64,000 nt of DNA, taken from Octopus vulgaris (lineage: Eukaryota). Under the pieces are notes generated by a model. The model was not told where the DNA came from and did not search any database. It was given only the letters and a program-made list of their open reading frames with translations. Below are positions 26,377 through 40,192 of the stretch, piece by piece (position 1 is the first letter of the stretch; the number at the start of each line of letters is the position of its first letter). The translations under genes and the position numbers were made by a program. Location of the stretch: contig OX597835.1 of assembly GCA_951406725.2 (NCBI GenBank), forward strand, positions 186,001-250,000. Reading direction: 5' to 3'.

Positions 26377-28199
26377 TCAGATGACCTGAGTACAGCTATG
26401 CTTTGGCATCCATAGAAGTAGGTCACTTGCTAACTCTTGTTTAGCTTACCATCCAGTAACTCATCATTCACTGACTGATGGTAGATACAGACAGGAGATC
26501 TCCATACAGCTGTTTCTTGTCAAGATGAGTTCTCCAAGACATGTTGAAGACTGCTCACCATCCCAGATAATGTGATCAGTACTCAGTGGATAATAATTTT
26601 GAGCTTTTTAAAGGGTTAGCAATCAATCACGGAAAAATTATAACAAATTACTTGAGATTATAGTGTAAAGGTGTTTGAGCCTAGAATGTAACTGCAATTA
26701 TATAGTGGACAACAAATTCTGCCATCTGTTATTCCTATTTTGTATTAATAAATTGTAATATTGGTGTAAAAGTTTTCCAGCAGTGGGCATGAGCAATGAC
26801 ATATGTCTGCTGTTTCTGACAATGTGAAAGATCAGTTAATGATAATCTTAGCCAAAACTGAATTAACCCACCTTAAATAGTCCTTTTTGCAGCCCAAGAG
26901 TCTTGTCCCACCTAAGTTTTCCTGGGTCAGAGGAAGACATGGTCAGCAAATCTGAGGGAGACAAATGGGTACAGGTCTTGCCAGTCAGTCAGTAATGCTA
27001 AACTCAAAAGTCTTAATGGGTGCCTCCACTCCACTTGTAAGTTCAGTGGAAGATCATTGACTCCTTGTTGAGTTCATCCACTCTTATAGGCAGTTTTACA
27101 TCCAATCAATGTGTCCATTGACCCTGCACTCAGAAAAGTGAGAGCTTAGAGTAGTGATTATGGGTTAATCACTGATAGCCTGTCTATAAAACAGGCTGTA
27201 TTAGTTTATATGATTGCTAGTAGCAGGTCATTTTTCAAGTGTGATTATGTTGAACCTCCTCCAAATATTTCTTGGAATTCAAATTGAAATCTTGGCAAAC
27301 CTTTCCAAACTGTCAGCTATTCAAAATCTGATGAGATGGTTGGTTGTGTAAGTCATATAATGCAATTCATGTTATGTAATCCCATATTATGCAATGCATT
27401 GTAAATAAACAGCCATGCTACTGAAATCTATGTAACATAATTTGAATGAAAACTATACTCTATTTATGTTCTTTTATTACTACTTTTGCACTATATGACA
27501 TGTACAGTAAGTATTGTTATACACAGTTTGCCTAAGACATGCCTGAGTGCTGGTCATTTTTGGTACCTGTTTTATAGACTCTCTCCCTCACCATTCCCCA
27601 GGAGAATGAAAATCAAAAACTCAATCCTTGTGGGATTAGAACTCAGAACGTACAGAGTGAAATTAAATAACTGTAGATACACAATAGTGAATGAGTTAAA
27701 TTTACTAGTGTGGAAGAATAGAGAACTGGGTAGAGGGCCTGTTAACGTAGACCTTCAAATTTTTATTCGCTCATTAAATCCATAATTATCGTTTATTGTG
27801 TTTACATTTGTTTGAGAGTGATTTTTTTTATATTCCTTTTTTTATCATTATTCCTATTTATTAAGGCAATGGGCTGGCAGAGTTGTTAGCACACCAGGCA
27901 CAATGCTGAGTGGCATTTCTCCTGGCCGTTTCTCTTCTGAGTTCAAATTCTGTCTAGTTTGATTTTTGCCTTTCATCCATGCAGGGGCAATAAAATAAAG
28001 TACCATTTGAGCACCGGGGTCGATGTAATTGACTTAAACACCTTTCCTTTAAATTGCTTATTCCAAAATTTGAAGCCACTTATTTTTATCATCATCATCA
28101 TCATTATTATTATTATTATTATCATTTTCTTTTTCTTTTTTTGTTTCACTTCTTTTCCAGGAATGTATCGATAATTGATCTTTTTCAAAAGTAAGCCTG

Positions 28200-29040
28200 C
28201 TAGTTTTCCATTTTGCTCCTTACTCACTTCACTCTCCCTCTCTGCTTGTCCAACAACTTAATGTTTTTATTGTTGCTTATTTCTCTCTGTCTGTTTGTCT
28301 CTCTCTCTCTCTCTCTCTCCCACACACTTCTGACAATTCGAATGGGTTTTCTTGTAGGTTAATTTTTCTTTATCTTTTTTTTAAAAAAAACCCTTATTTT
28401 TTTTTCGTTTCTTCTCAACTTTGAACCTTTTATTTTTAATCCATTTTCTTCTTTATTTTATATTTTTCCTTTTTTATCCTTTTCTCCCCTCTTATTTAAT
28501 GCTTTTTTCCCACTTTTTAAATATTTTTTCTCTTTTTTTTTTTAATAGAATTAAATTATTTTGAAATTAAAATTTAAAAAGAGAAATTAATCTTAATTTT
28601 GTTAAATATGTTTCTTATTTGTTTTTGCTCACTTTTCTGTATTTTGTCCAACTTTTGTTTAATGTAATTATGTAGTTCCACTTTTGTTTTCTTTATTTTG
28701 TTTACATTTCTCTAACAAATGGAGCAACCAATACCTTCTTCTTCTTCACTCTCTTGCTTTCATTTTCTCTTTCCCCCTACATTCTCCTTCTTTGTCTCTT
28801 CCTATTTTCTCTTTGTTCCCCTTTTTCTCCCTATTCTTCATTTTATCTCTACTCTCTCTATCTCTCTCTCCTCTTTCACATTTCTTTTTCCCCTTTCTCT
28901 CTGTTCCCTGTCTTGTTTTTCTTTTCTCTTCCCCTTCTCTCTCTGTTACTCTTCTTTCTCTATTCTTTTCTCTCTCTCTCCCTCTCTCTCCTTCCCCTCT
29001 CTCTGTTGCTCTTCTCCCTCTCATTCTGATTCTAGATTTT
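28200..29040. repeat. Extended pyrimidine-rich (T/CT) low-complexity tract
   Basis: Strong T/C strand bias. Source of the F/L/S-rich and E/R/K-rich ORFs. Confidence 0.9.
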
Positions 29041-30756
29041 TCTCATACAGTCTACTGATGACACTGACCATGATGAAAAGTAAGAGTTAGAAGAAAGACC
29101 AAAATTAATTGGAAATAAAAAAACAAACAAACAGTATTTACTGAAAATATATTGATTCATTTTTTTTTACCCTACATACAATATTATTGATTGTAAAAAT
29201 GAAAATAAAGCATGTAACAATTATCTTTTTTATTAGGAAAAAAAAACTCGTTAACAATGGTGTTTGAATTACAACACACTCTACCTTGATTTGGTATATT
29301 ATCATAGTTTTAATGTCCACTTTTCCATGCTTGCATGGGCCAGATCAAATTTGTTGAAGAAGATTTGAAGATTTTCTATGGATGGATGCCCTTCTATAGA
29401 TGGATTGCCAAGCCTTGCCTGTTTCCAAGTAAGGAAATATTTCCCCATAGCCAGACGTGTTTTTCATGGAAGATTGGAAACAAAGAACATGGCGTGTATG
29501 ATGTTGACATTCATTTTTGTCTATCATGTAATAAAAAGACATGGACACGCACGCACAGATATACAACAAACTTCTTCAACCACATGGTTCCAGATTCAGT
29601 CCCACTGTGTGACACCTTGGCAAGTGTCTTCTACTATAGTCTCAGGCCAACCAAAGCCTTGTCAGTGGATTTGGTAGACTGAAACTGAAAGAAGCCCATA
29701 ATATGTATATGTGTGTGTTTGTCCCCTACCACTACTTGACAAACAGTGATAGTATGTTTATATCCCTGTAACTTAGCAACTAGGCAAAAGGGCTTGATAG
29801 AATAAGTACCAGGCTTTGCAAAATACGTAAGTACTGGGGTCAGTTTCCTTAGCTAAAATTTTTCAAGGTGGTGCCCCAGCATGGCCGTAGTCTAATGACT
29901 GAAACAAGTAAAAGAAAGATAAAAGATTTGAGTTTTTTGGAGGGGGTTGAGGATCTGCTCCAAAAGTAAAGGCATCTTAGAACCAAATGATACTGTTGAA
30001 GCTGATCACTATCTAGATGCACTGCTCAAAGCAGAGGCACCCAAGAACTAGGTGGTGGGTGGTCTTAAACCAAATGAGTTGTTAGGTCTCTTACTTTGCA
30101 TTACAACTACAGAAATGCAAAAATAAAATTAAAAGTTTTCATTGATAAAAAATTAATCTCCAAAAGAAAAATGTTTGTTACAATATATTTATGGAGTTTT
30201 TATTAATTTTTTTAAAAAACTCATAATTTATTTCTGGTTTGTAACATTTGAAAAAAAAAAAAGTTTCTGTTATTACGTCATACAGAAAATGTTTAAATGT
30301 CAGAAACAATTTAATAGTCTATCCATGCCATTAGCTAATTAATTAGAAATGAGTGAATGTAAAATACCATGCAATGCCATGGTGTTATAGTGATGCATAT
30401 TGGGAAAGCTGAGACTATATTTCACTATTGGACTGATGTAAGATGAAGACACAAGGCCTAGTGGTTAGAGTGTTCAGCTTGGAATTAATGGTGTGGGTTC
30501 AATTTTTGGACTGGGTAGCATGTTGTATTCTTGAACACTTGTTTTCAGCTGAGTAGACCAGAACAACATGAAATGGGGTACCAGCTGAGTGCTGGCATGT
30601 TTCTCTTCCTCTCCAACTGTCATATCATGAATGTAGCACTGGATCAAAGGTTGGCAGAGCTGACAGGATGTCATTGTCTGCTCATGGCTACATCAGTATC
30701 TAAAATCAGGGAGAGCCTACTACATGTTACCAAGCTATACTTGTTCATGGTATACT

Positions 30757-30976
30757 ACCCACAAGGGGCTAAACACAGAGAGGACAAACAAGGACAGACA
30801 AACGGATTAAGTCGATTATATCGACCCCAGTGCGTAACTGGTACTTATTTAATTGACTCCGAAAGGATGAAAGGCAAAGTCGACCTCGGCGGAATTTGAA
30901 CTCAGAACGTAATGGCAGACGAAATACAGCTACGCATTTCGCCCGGCGTGCTAACATTTCTGCCAGCTCACCACCT
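30757..30976 (-). mobile_element. Meta-domain-type SINE with 11-bp TSD and an inverted templated filler at its 5' junction
   Basis: TSD TGTTCATGGTA at 30742-30752 and 30991-31001. CpG-retaining, near-consensus copy. Confidence 0.88.
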
Positions 30977-32939
30977 TTATAAGAGACAGGTGTTCATGGT
31001 AACACCTGTCTCTTATATGACTGATTTAACCCCTTAGCATTTGAACTGGCCATATCAGGCCTAAATATTCTATCTTTTATATTCAAATTGGCCAGATCTA
31101 GATGTTGACACCTCCCTTACAATGCCATTCCAAAAATAAACAATCACTTCATAAAAAGTTCAAGGCTGTGAGATAATACACAATCAATTTAAAAAGACTG
31201 TAAATAAATAAGCTTTACATTTGACAGAGTGATCTGAATGCTAAAGGGTTCGGGCAATGGACGGGCAAAATTCTTAGAGTATTGGTCAAAGTGCTGGGTG
31301 GCATTAGTCCTTGTCCTAAGTTTAAGTCTTACTGATGCCAACTTTGCCTTCCCTCTATTCGGGGTCAATAAAATGAAAGTACAAAGTATGCGGTCTGGTG
31401 CAATTGACTGTTCCTGCCATTTACATAATTTTTTTAGCTTGCACCAATGTAGAGAATCCACATTTCATTGTTTTTTTTTATTGAAACTTTTTTCATATAT
31501 TTATCTTTTTTTCTCACATTTTTCTTATTATTTTTACTTATACTTCATGGATTTGAGGAAAGAAAATTTTTTTTTTTACTTTGCAAAAGTACTTTTCCAA
31601 TGAAATACTCCCAGGCTCTCATTCCAGTTTAGCTGCACTAGTTTTCAGAAATCTTTTTTTTTCTTTCTATACTTCTGTATGTTGTTTCATCATCATTATC
31701 ATCATCATTATTTAATGTCTGTTTTCCATGCTGGCATGGGTTGGACAGAGCTGGCAAGCAGGAGAGCTGTACCAGGTTCCAGTCTGATTTGTCCTGGTTT
31801 CTCTGGCTGGATACCCTTCCCAATACCAACCATTCTACAGAGTTGGATGCTTTTCTATGTGGCACTAGCACAAGTGCTTTTACCTGGTACCAGTATAGGA
31901 CTCTTGCAGGCCAATCCTCCTCTGATGTGGAGGTGTGTGGCTTAGTGGTTAAGGTGTTGAACTCATGATCGTAAGGTTGTGGTTTCAATTCCTGGACTGA
32001 GTGATGTGTTGTGTTCTTGAGTAAAACACTTCATTTCATGTTGCTCCAGTCCACTCAGCTGGCAAAAATGAGTAATCCTGCGACGTACTGGCGTCCCGTC
32101 CAGGTGGGGGAATTTCTACACCACTGAAACTGGGAAACTGGCCCTTATGAGCCTGGCATGGCTCAAGAAGGAACATTTATTTATTTTTTATTTGCTGTGG
32201 AGGATGGTTCTTCTTGAGTGCAGAAAGGCACTAGATGCCTCACTCCTTTGTCATCTCCTCCATATGGCTCAGTGACCTGAGGTCATCCTTTGGTACTTTG
32301 TCTCATCTCTTCATAGATTTCCCTCTTCCACAAGTTCCATCCACTTTGTTGTTTGTTGATGTTTAACTCCAGGTCAGTCCTGACTGAACAGATCTATATT
32401 CTAAAGCAGACCATCTATCTTGTTTTATGAACTCAAAACTCCTACATTGTTGTTTCTCATGGAGAAATAGTATGGCTTTTACATTTTGATTTGTTACTTC
32501 TTCCTGCATGATTTTTATACAAGCTGACAAAGAAAACTTCTATGCAGTTGATCAATCTGCTAAAAATAGCAGCCAATTTGTTTTTTTGAACCCTACTCTA
32601 TAATTGTAATTAAAAAAATTAAATTTAATAAAAAACATTGAATAATGTAGCTTAAGATATACATTCTGAACGAAAATAGGAATTGTCATGGCTAAACATT
32701 TTTTGGTCAAAGACCTACTCTGTTAGGGCTGACACAACAACATATTTTTATATTTCCTATTTTATTTCCCTGATGATATAGGATGTAGCCTGGTGGATGG
32801 TCACAGGCCTCTCCTTTGACTGTCCACACCCTGAGCCAGTGTACCAGCTAACCCCTCCCCCAATATATCTTACAGGCCCTTTACCTAGCAGTATTATAAT
32901 GGAGTTGCACATAAACTAATCTGGTCTGGTTTTCACATT

Positions 32940-33225
32940 TCATGTCCTCTCCAGTTTTGCGCAGGCCTGGGCTAGATGTAAAAAAATCCTGGGTAGCCCA
33001 ATCGTCAGGATTCCTCTCTTGACCTTGCTGACATAGTCCAAAGGAGTGCAGAGCATTATGTTTGGCACCAGTTTGGCTGCAGGAGCTGCCAGAAGAGTGT
33101 TGAGTTGAACACTAAACTGCCCACGGAGCTCCACTCCGGATTTCTTTGAAGGTTGTCTCCTTTCTGTAACCCTGGATAGGGGCCGATACCAGGTACCGTC
33201 AGTTGGAGCCAGCTGAGCCATCAAC
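32940..33225 (-). mobile_element. Probable RTE/BovB-like 5'UTR remnant
   Basis: Minus strand TCCGGAGTGGAGC..GGCAGCTCCTGCAGCCAAACTGGTGCCAAAC..CTGCACTCCTTTGGAC resembles recalled RTE/BovB-type UTRs. No coding support. Confidence 0.5.
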
Positions 33226-33597
33226 CCTAGTACTTGTATTTATTTCATCAACCCTGAAAAGATGCAGGACAAAGTCAACCTCTGTGGAATTTGAACTCAG
33301 AACGTAAAGACCTGGAAGAAATGCTGCTAAGCATTTTGTCCCACAATCCTGCTAGCTCCCTATCTTGATATTAATAATCCTAGTCTTAGAGATTCTTGGG
33401 GAGGGGGCTAGTCAATTTCATCGACCCCCCCCCCCCATACTCTACTGGTAGTTATTTCAACAACCCCGAAAGAATGAAAGGCTAAGTCCACTTCACCAGA
33501 GTTAGAACTTGGAATGGAATGATGAATGAAATACCACTAAGCATTTGGTCCTGTGTGCTAACAAATTCTGCCGGTTTGCTGCCTTTCACTACCTTAA

Positions 33598-34681
33598 CCC
33601 TTTCGTTACTATATTTCTGACCAAAATACACCCCTTATGTATTTCAATTAATTTCTAACATAATCATAAATTTAGTCTGGTTTCATTAAACTATAACTTT
33701 TTTATTTATCAATATATTAATGTGATTTTTGGAAGATAATTTAATGAAATGTTCTCAACCAATTCTATACTATAATTTTTGTCACAAAGTGACTCTAATT
33801 GCAGGTAGATACAGGTAAAATAAAAAAAATAAAAAAATATTAAAATTTTTTTAAAACATCGCTATAGAAAATGGGTTATTAGCAAATATTCAATTGGGTA
33901 TACAACAAAATTTTACGATAGAATTTGTTATTCTGGGTAACTTTCTGATACCCATAATAATATTTATGGCAAAACAGTCTTAATTACATTTAAGGTTGTG
34001 GGAAACCACTAACTATCTTTTCTTTCGCTTTGTTTACATTTAGCGTAACGGTTCGTTTCCGCCGTAATGATTTCAAATAGGCTCATTCAAAAAAGTAAAA
34101 AGAAATAGTCTAAGGCTTTACTCTCCTGAGAAAGTCTGTGGCTTGGTCCAGTTTCTTCAGAAAAATCACCGAAAGAAACAGTTTTTAAATTTTCACTCCA
34201 TTCAGGTGCCAATTCATTTTCTTTATCGCTGTCGGAGCTCTCGGATTCACTGTTTTCACTTTCGGAAAATGAAACATCAGATTCATTATCAAATACCACG
34301 TGCTTTTTTTTTTCAGTCATAGAGTTAGATTTATGAAGGTCTTCAGTAGAAAATCCTTCGAATTCTGACTCGCTGCTTGATATAATGAAATTCATATCCA
34401 TTTTTTGTCAGAATTACAAATTTTGAAAACTCAATAGGAACAAATTTCGGAAAAAAATCTCCCAAAATTCACGGAATTAAAATTACACTTCGATCGTTGT
34501 ACAAAACTGTAGATGAACTGTTTATGAAGTATAATCACGTGTTTTCGCGAATGTACTAAAGAGATTTGCTCTGATATTCTCATTTAAATATGAATAGGTA
34601 AATATGGGCGGGTTTGGGCGGTTTGGTCACATTAACCAAAATTTTTTTCAGGCGGCTTTGGGCAGTTTGGTAACGAAAGGG
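33598..34681 (-). mobile_element. Internally deleted piggyBac element retaining the acidic transposase N-terminus (ORF 34087-34401)
   Basis: TTAA TSDs at 33594-33597 and 34682-34685, perfect TIR CCCTTTCGTTAC. Ser/Glu/Asp-rich ORF ending W..F....GP....DYFFLLF, as in piggyBac N-termini. Confidence 0.88.
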
Positions 34682-34780
34682 TTAAGGATGATGGCCACTT
34701 CCATTGATTTCAACATATGAGTTTTTGAAGGGAAAAATTTAATAAGATAAAGATTACCACCTGAATAATAATAATAATAA

Positions 34781-35208
34781 CCACAGATTTACTTGTCAGT
34801 TGTTTGACCATAACCAGTTGAGCATGTACCTTAGTGGCTGACAATATGTGCATCTCTGATCACAAGCAGAAGTAGTGGGGGAAGCATCATAGCCATGTGT
34901 TGAAAGGAATTCTTTGGGGTTTGGATAATTCACCTTTGGAAACATGGGTAGTTTGTTCAACATCCTTAAACAGTCCTTATTCAGGGACCTTTTGAGCAGG
35001 ATGGGCTACTTGACCAGAAGAAAATTCTAACTGGGCCCCACCTGCAAGGTCATGCGCTGTTTATCTTGATGTGAGATCACCATGTCTCGCACACATGGTT
35101 GTCATGCATGTGCCTGGTGTACCCTTATCAGACAGTCACGATGGGTATACTGTGTTTTGTATATTTTACCCCAGTGTCATTTTGATGGCATGCACTGCTC
35201 TCTCACTC
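34781..35208 (+). mobile_element. Non-coding element embedded in (TAA)n; antisense partial copies at 41213-41380 and 41406-41530
   Basis: Flanked by (AAT)n on both sides. Its 3' part is homologous to two fragments that also abut (ATT)n. Confidence 0.7.
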
Positions 35209-35771
35209 AATAATAATAATAATAATCCTTATAGGTACAAGGTCTGAAATTTGGTGGAGAGGGGGATAGTTGATTACATCAACTCCAGTACTCAACTGGT
35301 ACTTATTTTATCAACCCTGAGAGGATGAAAAGCTAAGTCGATCCTGACAGAATTTTAATACAGAACATATAGACATGAAATACCACTAAGCATTTTGCCT
35401 GGCATGCTAACAATTTTGCAGGCTTAATAATGATAATAATAATAATAATAATGATTTCAAATTATGGCACAAGACCAGCAAGTTCGAGGTGGGGGAGTAA
35501 GTTGATTATATCGACCTTAGTATCCAACTGGTACTTATTTTATTGACCCCGAAAGGATGAAAGGCTAAGTTGGTCTTGGCAGAATTTGGACTCAGAACTT
35601 AAAGATAGCGTAGGAGTTTGCTGTGTGGTAAGTAGCTTGCTTACGAACCACATGGTTCCGGGTTCAGTCGCACTGCATGACACCTTGGGCAAGTGTCTTC
35701 TATAGCCTCGGGCCAACCAAAGCCTTGTGAGTGGATTTGGTAGACAGAAACTGAAAGAAGCCCGTCGTATG

Positions 35772-35838
<67 letters not shown>

Positions 35839-35876
35839 ATATGTTTGTGTGTCTGTGTTTGTCCCCCCAACATCAC

Positions 35877-38800
35877 CCTTTCGAAATCTTCCAATGAAGA
35901 ATCGAATACCGCAGCTCATAGTAGAGAACATTTTGCCCACTCAAGATCAGCAATAATTTATGGTAAAGCTGAATCCACCTGTGATACAGGCATAAACCGC
36001 CTAAAAGATGACATTAATTTTGTTTCCATTTTAGTTGGAAAATTGTTCTCTGTGAACGAAAATGTCAGTGTCCATAAGGTCGCTCGGCTAGGAAGATTCC
36101 AAGCGAACCCAACCTCAGATACTAGACCACGCCCGATAAGGGTAATCTTCTCTTCCGATCGGGAGGCTTCAGTCTTTCTGAACAGAGCTCAGACGCATGC
36201 CTGGGAGGACCCCAATATGGGTTTTCGCGAGGAATACTCACTAAGAGAGAGAATTCGCCGGAGAAACCTAATATCCGAACTAAAGATGAGGAAACAAATG
36301 GAAGAGAAGGGTTTACGAATCCAAGATGGACAGATAATCAAGTCCTACCTCTGGTCCCATGCTGTAGTGCTGACAGGGAAAGTGATGTGAGGGCAAATCG
36401 AAGTGAAGTTGATACCCCCGTCAACGATGCTATCTCTGATACCCCTTATTCTGCTTGTTCCCCAACTCCCGCCCCTCAGACTTCACAGCTTCGCATCGTC
36501 TACACCAACTCGTGCTCCTTATTCCCAAAGTTCAGTGAACTATTTACACTGGCCATACGTGACTCCTCTGATGTGATAGCTATCACCGAGACTTGGCTGA
36601 CTCCAGCAGTAAAGGACTCAGAAATCCACCTGCAGGGCTATGTCCTTTTCAGATGTGACAGAGGAAAAAGGCGAGGTGGAGGTGTTGCTGTGTATGTTAA
36701 GTCTGAGCACAAACCGTCCAGCGGTATTCTACCCACTAATGCTCAACCTACAACAAAATTCGATGTTGTCTATTGCAAGCTGAGCCTATCTGAGTTTTGC
36801 CTGCCCATGTTGGCTGTCTACAGGCCGCCTCTTGCCGACCCCCAGGACGATGCTCATTTACTCGAAGCGATAAGATTCGTTTCAGCTTCGCATGACTGTT
36901 TGGTACTAGGAGACTTCAACGCTCCCACGATCGATTGGCCCGCATCAATTTGTACAACATCTTCCCGGTTCGGCCAGGCCCTTCTTGACGTGGCTGAAGA
37001 TTGTTTTCTATCGCAACATGTTGAATATCCGACAAGGCATCGGTCTGGGCAGCAGCCATCTATGCTAGATCTGGTATTCTCCCGCTATCCAAGATCAGTG
37101 TCAGACGTATCTGTGTGCGCCCCTCTTGCTAAGAGTGATCATGCGGTCCTGAAGTTCGTCATGCACAACTTTTTCTACGCCCACGACTACTTCGCTGCCA
37201 TGTAGAGTCTTCTCTGCAATTAATCTTGAAATTCTAACCGAGGCTTCCGCGCTTCTGGACTGGCGATCCCTGATGACGTTGTCCTCTGTTGACGAACTAT
37301 GGTCATCCCTCAAAGCATATGTAATCTGTTTGACTGACCAGGCAGTTCCCGTTGGGCTTCCCAAGAAGAAGAAACACAAGCCCTGGGTGACGAAGAAGGT
37401 TAAACAAGAACGTCGACTCAGAGATATTGCTGAATTCAAAAATCTGGATTCGACTGCAGCTTTTGAGGTGTACAAAACTCAACAAGACCGAGCCGTGAAA
37501 ATTGAAAAGAAAGAACGCTTCAGTTATGAATACAAAATCGTGGCAAATGCCAGTAGCAATCCAAAAACCTTCTTTGCCCATGTCCAGCGGAATTCCCGCT
37601 TGAACAACCAGATTGCAACGTTGGTAGACTCAACAGGCGTATCGATTGAGGACCCTTATCAACAGAGTCAATTATTTGCCGAGGCTTTTTCAACTATTTT
37701 CAAACAAGATGATGGTCGTGAACCCCCTCCATTTGATAGATCGGTACCTCCAATGCTTCGATTGGTCATCACGCGGGACGAAGTCAAACGTGTTATTCAA
37801 GGCCTCGATGTCAACAAGGGTCAAGGCCCTGACGGCATACACCCACGGGTTATCAAAGCGTTGGCTCCGGTCATCTGCGAGCCCTTAACACGACTATTCA
37901 ATATGTCATTGGCGACGGGTGTTATACCTGCAGACTGGAGAACAGCGATAATCTGCCCAATTTTCAAGAAAGGGAGCCGTGAAGACCCGCTTAACTACCG
38001 ACCGGTTTCCCTTACATCAATAATCAGCAAGATGTTCGAAACCATCCTTAAGAAAAGTATGATGCTCCACCTCCAAAACACAGCCTCTATCTCTGATTCC
38101 CAACACGGCTTCGTGCCGAAGAGATCATGCTTGACCAACTTACTAGTAATGGAAGAATTGGTGACGCACATCCTCGATGATAGTGATGCTGTTGACATCG
38201 TTTTATTGGACTTTGCCAAAGCTTTTGACTCGGTAAACCACCGCCTATTACTTGTCAAGCTTCAAGCATATAGTTTCCATCCGGATATTATATGATGGGT
38301 TGGTGCCTTCCTCTCAGATCACTCCTTCCAAGTCCAAGTTAATGGTTCGCGGTCCGACATCTCCAGTGAGAGCAGTGGCGTGCCTCAAGGTTCAGTGCTT
38401 GGGCCCTTGTTGTTCTTAGTCTTCATAAATGACTTGCCCGACGACCTCACGCAACACACCCTTCTATTTGCCGACAATATCAAACTGGTCGCTCCTCGCG
38501 GTAATATAGAGGATCTTCGTCGATGCCTCCACCAAATTTGGAAGTGGTCTAACGATTGGGACCTGTGTCTGAACGTGTCAAAGTGCTGTCATCTGCCTGT
38601 CGGCTCTACTCCTGCAACTCAACTTGATTTTGAGCCGGGTCGTCTGCTGCTGGAGAGGACCGATCAGGTAAAGGACCTGGGTATCTTGGTGGATTCCTCC
38701 TTTTTGCCTTCGGCCCAGTGCGTCCATGCTGCCAACAAAGCACGCGGAATTCTGTTCTTGATTCGACGGTCATTCGGAATGCTCACAGCAGCCATATTCC

Positions 38801-39350
38801 TACCACTCTATGTCACGCTGGTGAGACCCATATTGGAGTATGGGATTCAAGCCTCTTCTCCTTATCTCCTCAAAGACATACAGCATCTCGAAAGAGTTCA
38901 GAAGCTGGCTACCCGCATGGTTCATGGTCTCAAAAATTTGTCCTACGAAGAAAGGCTGAGGACACTCGACCTTTATTCTCTTGAAAAACGCCGCCACCGT
39001 GGTGATCTCATTCTCGCCCACAACATCATAAGCGGAAAGTGTAACCTCTCGAAAGAGCTGTTCTTCACTCCTGCTCCAGAGCGTCGGCTGCGGGGTCATT
39101 CCGAAAAGCTCTACCTGCGACGATTTCATCTCAATCGAAGGAGAGGAGCTTTCTCCGTCCGGGTTGCGGATCCGTGGAACAAGCTGCAGACGAGATGGTG
39201 AAGATGCCGACGACCGCTTTGTTCAAAGCCTCCCTGGACCTCAAGTGGCCTGAACTCTTTACATGAACACCACCCTGTACTTAACTCCATGTCCCCCTAC
39301 ATGGCCTTGCTATTTGCTTTTGAGCCAAATTAACTAACTAACTAACTAAC
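35877..39350 (+). mobile_element. CR1-type LINE, 5'-truncated within ORF1, with disrupted ORF2 (APE endonuclease + RT) and (TAAC)n tail, inserted in a SINE
   Basis: ORF1 C-terminus (IIYG..RLG..RPRPIRVIF) to 36390. APE motifs ITETWL, GGGVAVY, VYRPP, GDFN, SDH. RT motifs YRPVSLTS, QHGF, LDFAKAFD, PQGSVLGP, FADN. Stop at 38293 and frameshifts near 37200 and 39186. Host SINE splits at CATCAC|TTGACAACC. Confidence 0.95.
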
Positions 39351-40017
39351 TTGACAACCGATGCTGGTGTGTTTACATCCCCTGTAACTTAGCGGTTTGG
39401 TGAAAGAGACTGATAGAATAAGTACTATGCTTACAAAGAATAAGTCCTGGGGTCGATTTGCTCGACTAAAAAAGGCGGTGCTCCAGCATGGCCACAGTCA
39501 CATGACTGAAACAAGTAAAAGAGTTTGGATAAAATGCCACTAAACATTTTGCCCAGCATGCTGACAATTCTGCCAGTTTACCACATTAATGATAATAATA
39601 GTTTAGTGTTTTCAACTACTAAACCAGTTGATGTCATTGACTTGCAAGTGGGTCATCGTCTGTTTTAGACAGGCAGCTTCTCTTTTCTGTACAGAGAATA
39701 TAACGTTTATATTTTACCAACAAACTCTATTTTATATTAATAAGAATTTCTATTTTTATTTTCTTTCATTTTTAAATATTTGTATCAATTAAGCTCCATG
39801 ATATTTAGGTATTTTAATGCGTGGTTTCCTCAAAAAACAAAAATTAAAAGAAAAAAAATAACCTAAACAAATAAAATAAATAAGTAAATAAATAAATAAA
39901 AAAAGGCATTTGGATATATTCCTAATACTGAAGCAATATCTATTTCACTGTTTGTATATTTAGAGCTGATATATAACCATGAATTCGTATATTTAGCCTT
40001 TGATTTTATTTCCCTTC

Positions 40018-40192
<175 letters not shown>

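Noticed and set aside
28684-29090. Hydrophobic or charged ORFs, and similar YI/CV/HT/poly-I ORFs throughout the window
   Set aside because: Translations of microsatellite and low-complexity DNA.
30978-31017. 12-nt matches to the Tn5/Nextera mosaic end (TATAAGAGACAG and CTGTCTCTTATA)
   Set aside because: The remaining 7 nt of the mosaic end are absent, and the inverted repeat extends 5 bp further into the TSD. A templated junction filler explains it better, though raw reads would settle it.
34790-34880. Possible HDV-like ribozyme at the 5' end of the (TAA)n element
   Set aside because: A P1-like stem (TTGTCAGT/GCTGACAA) exists, but I could not build P1.1, P2 or the catalytic J4/2 strand.
35773-35876. 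N-terminus of the 205-aa ORF
   Set aside because: Read-through from a (TA)n/SINE segment into truncated LINE ORF1; not a real start.
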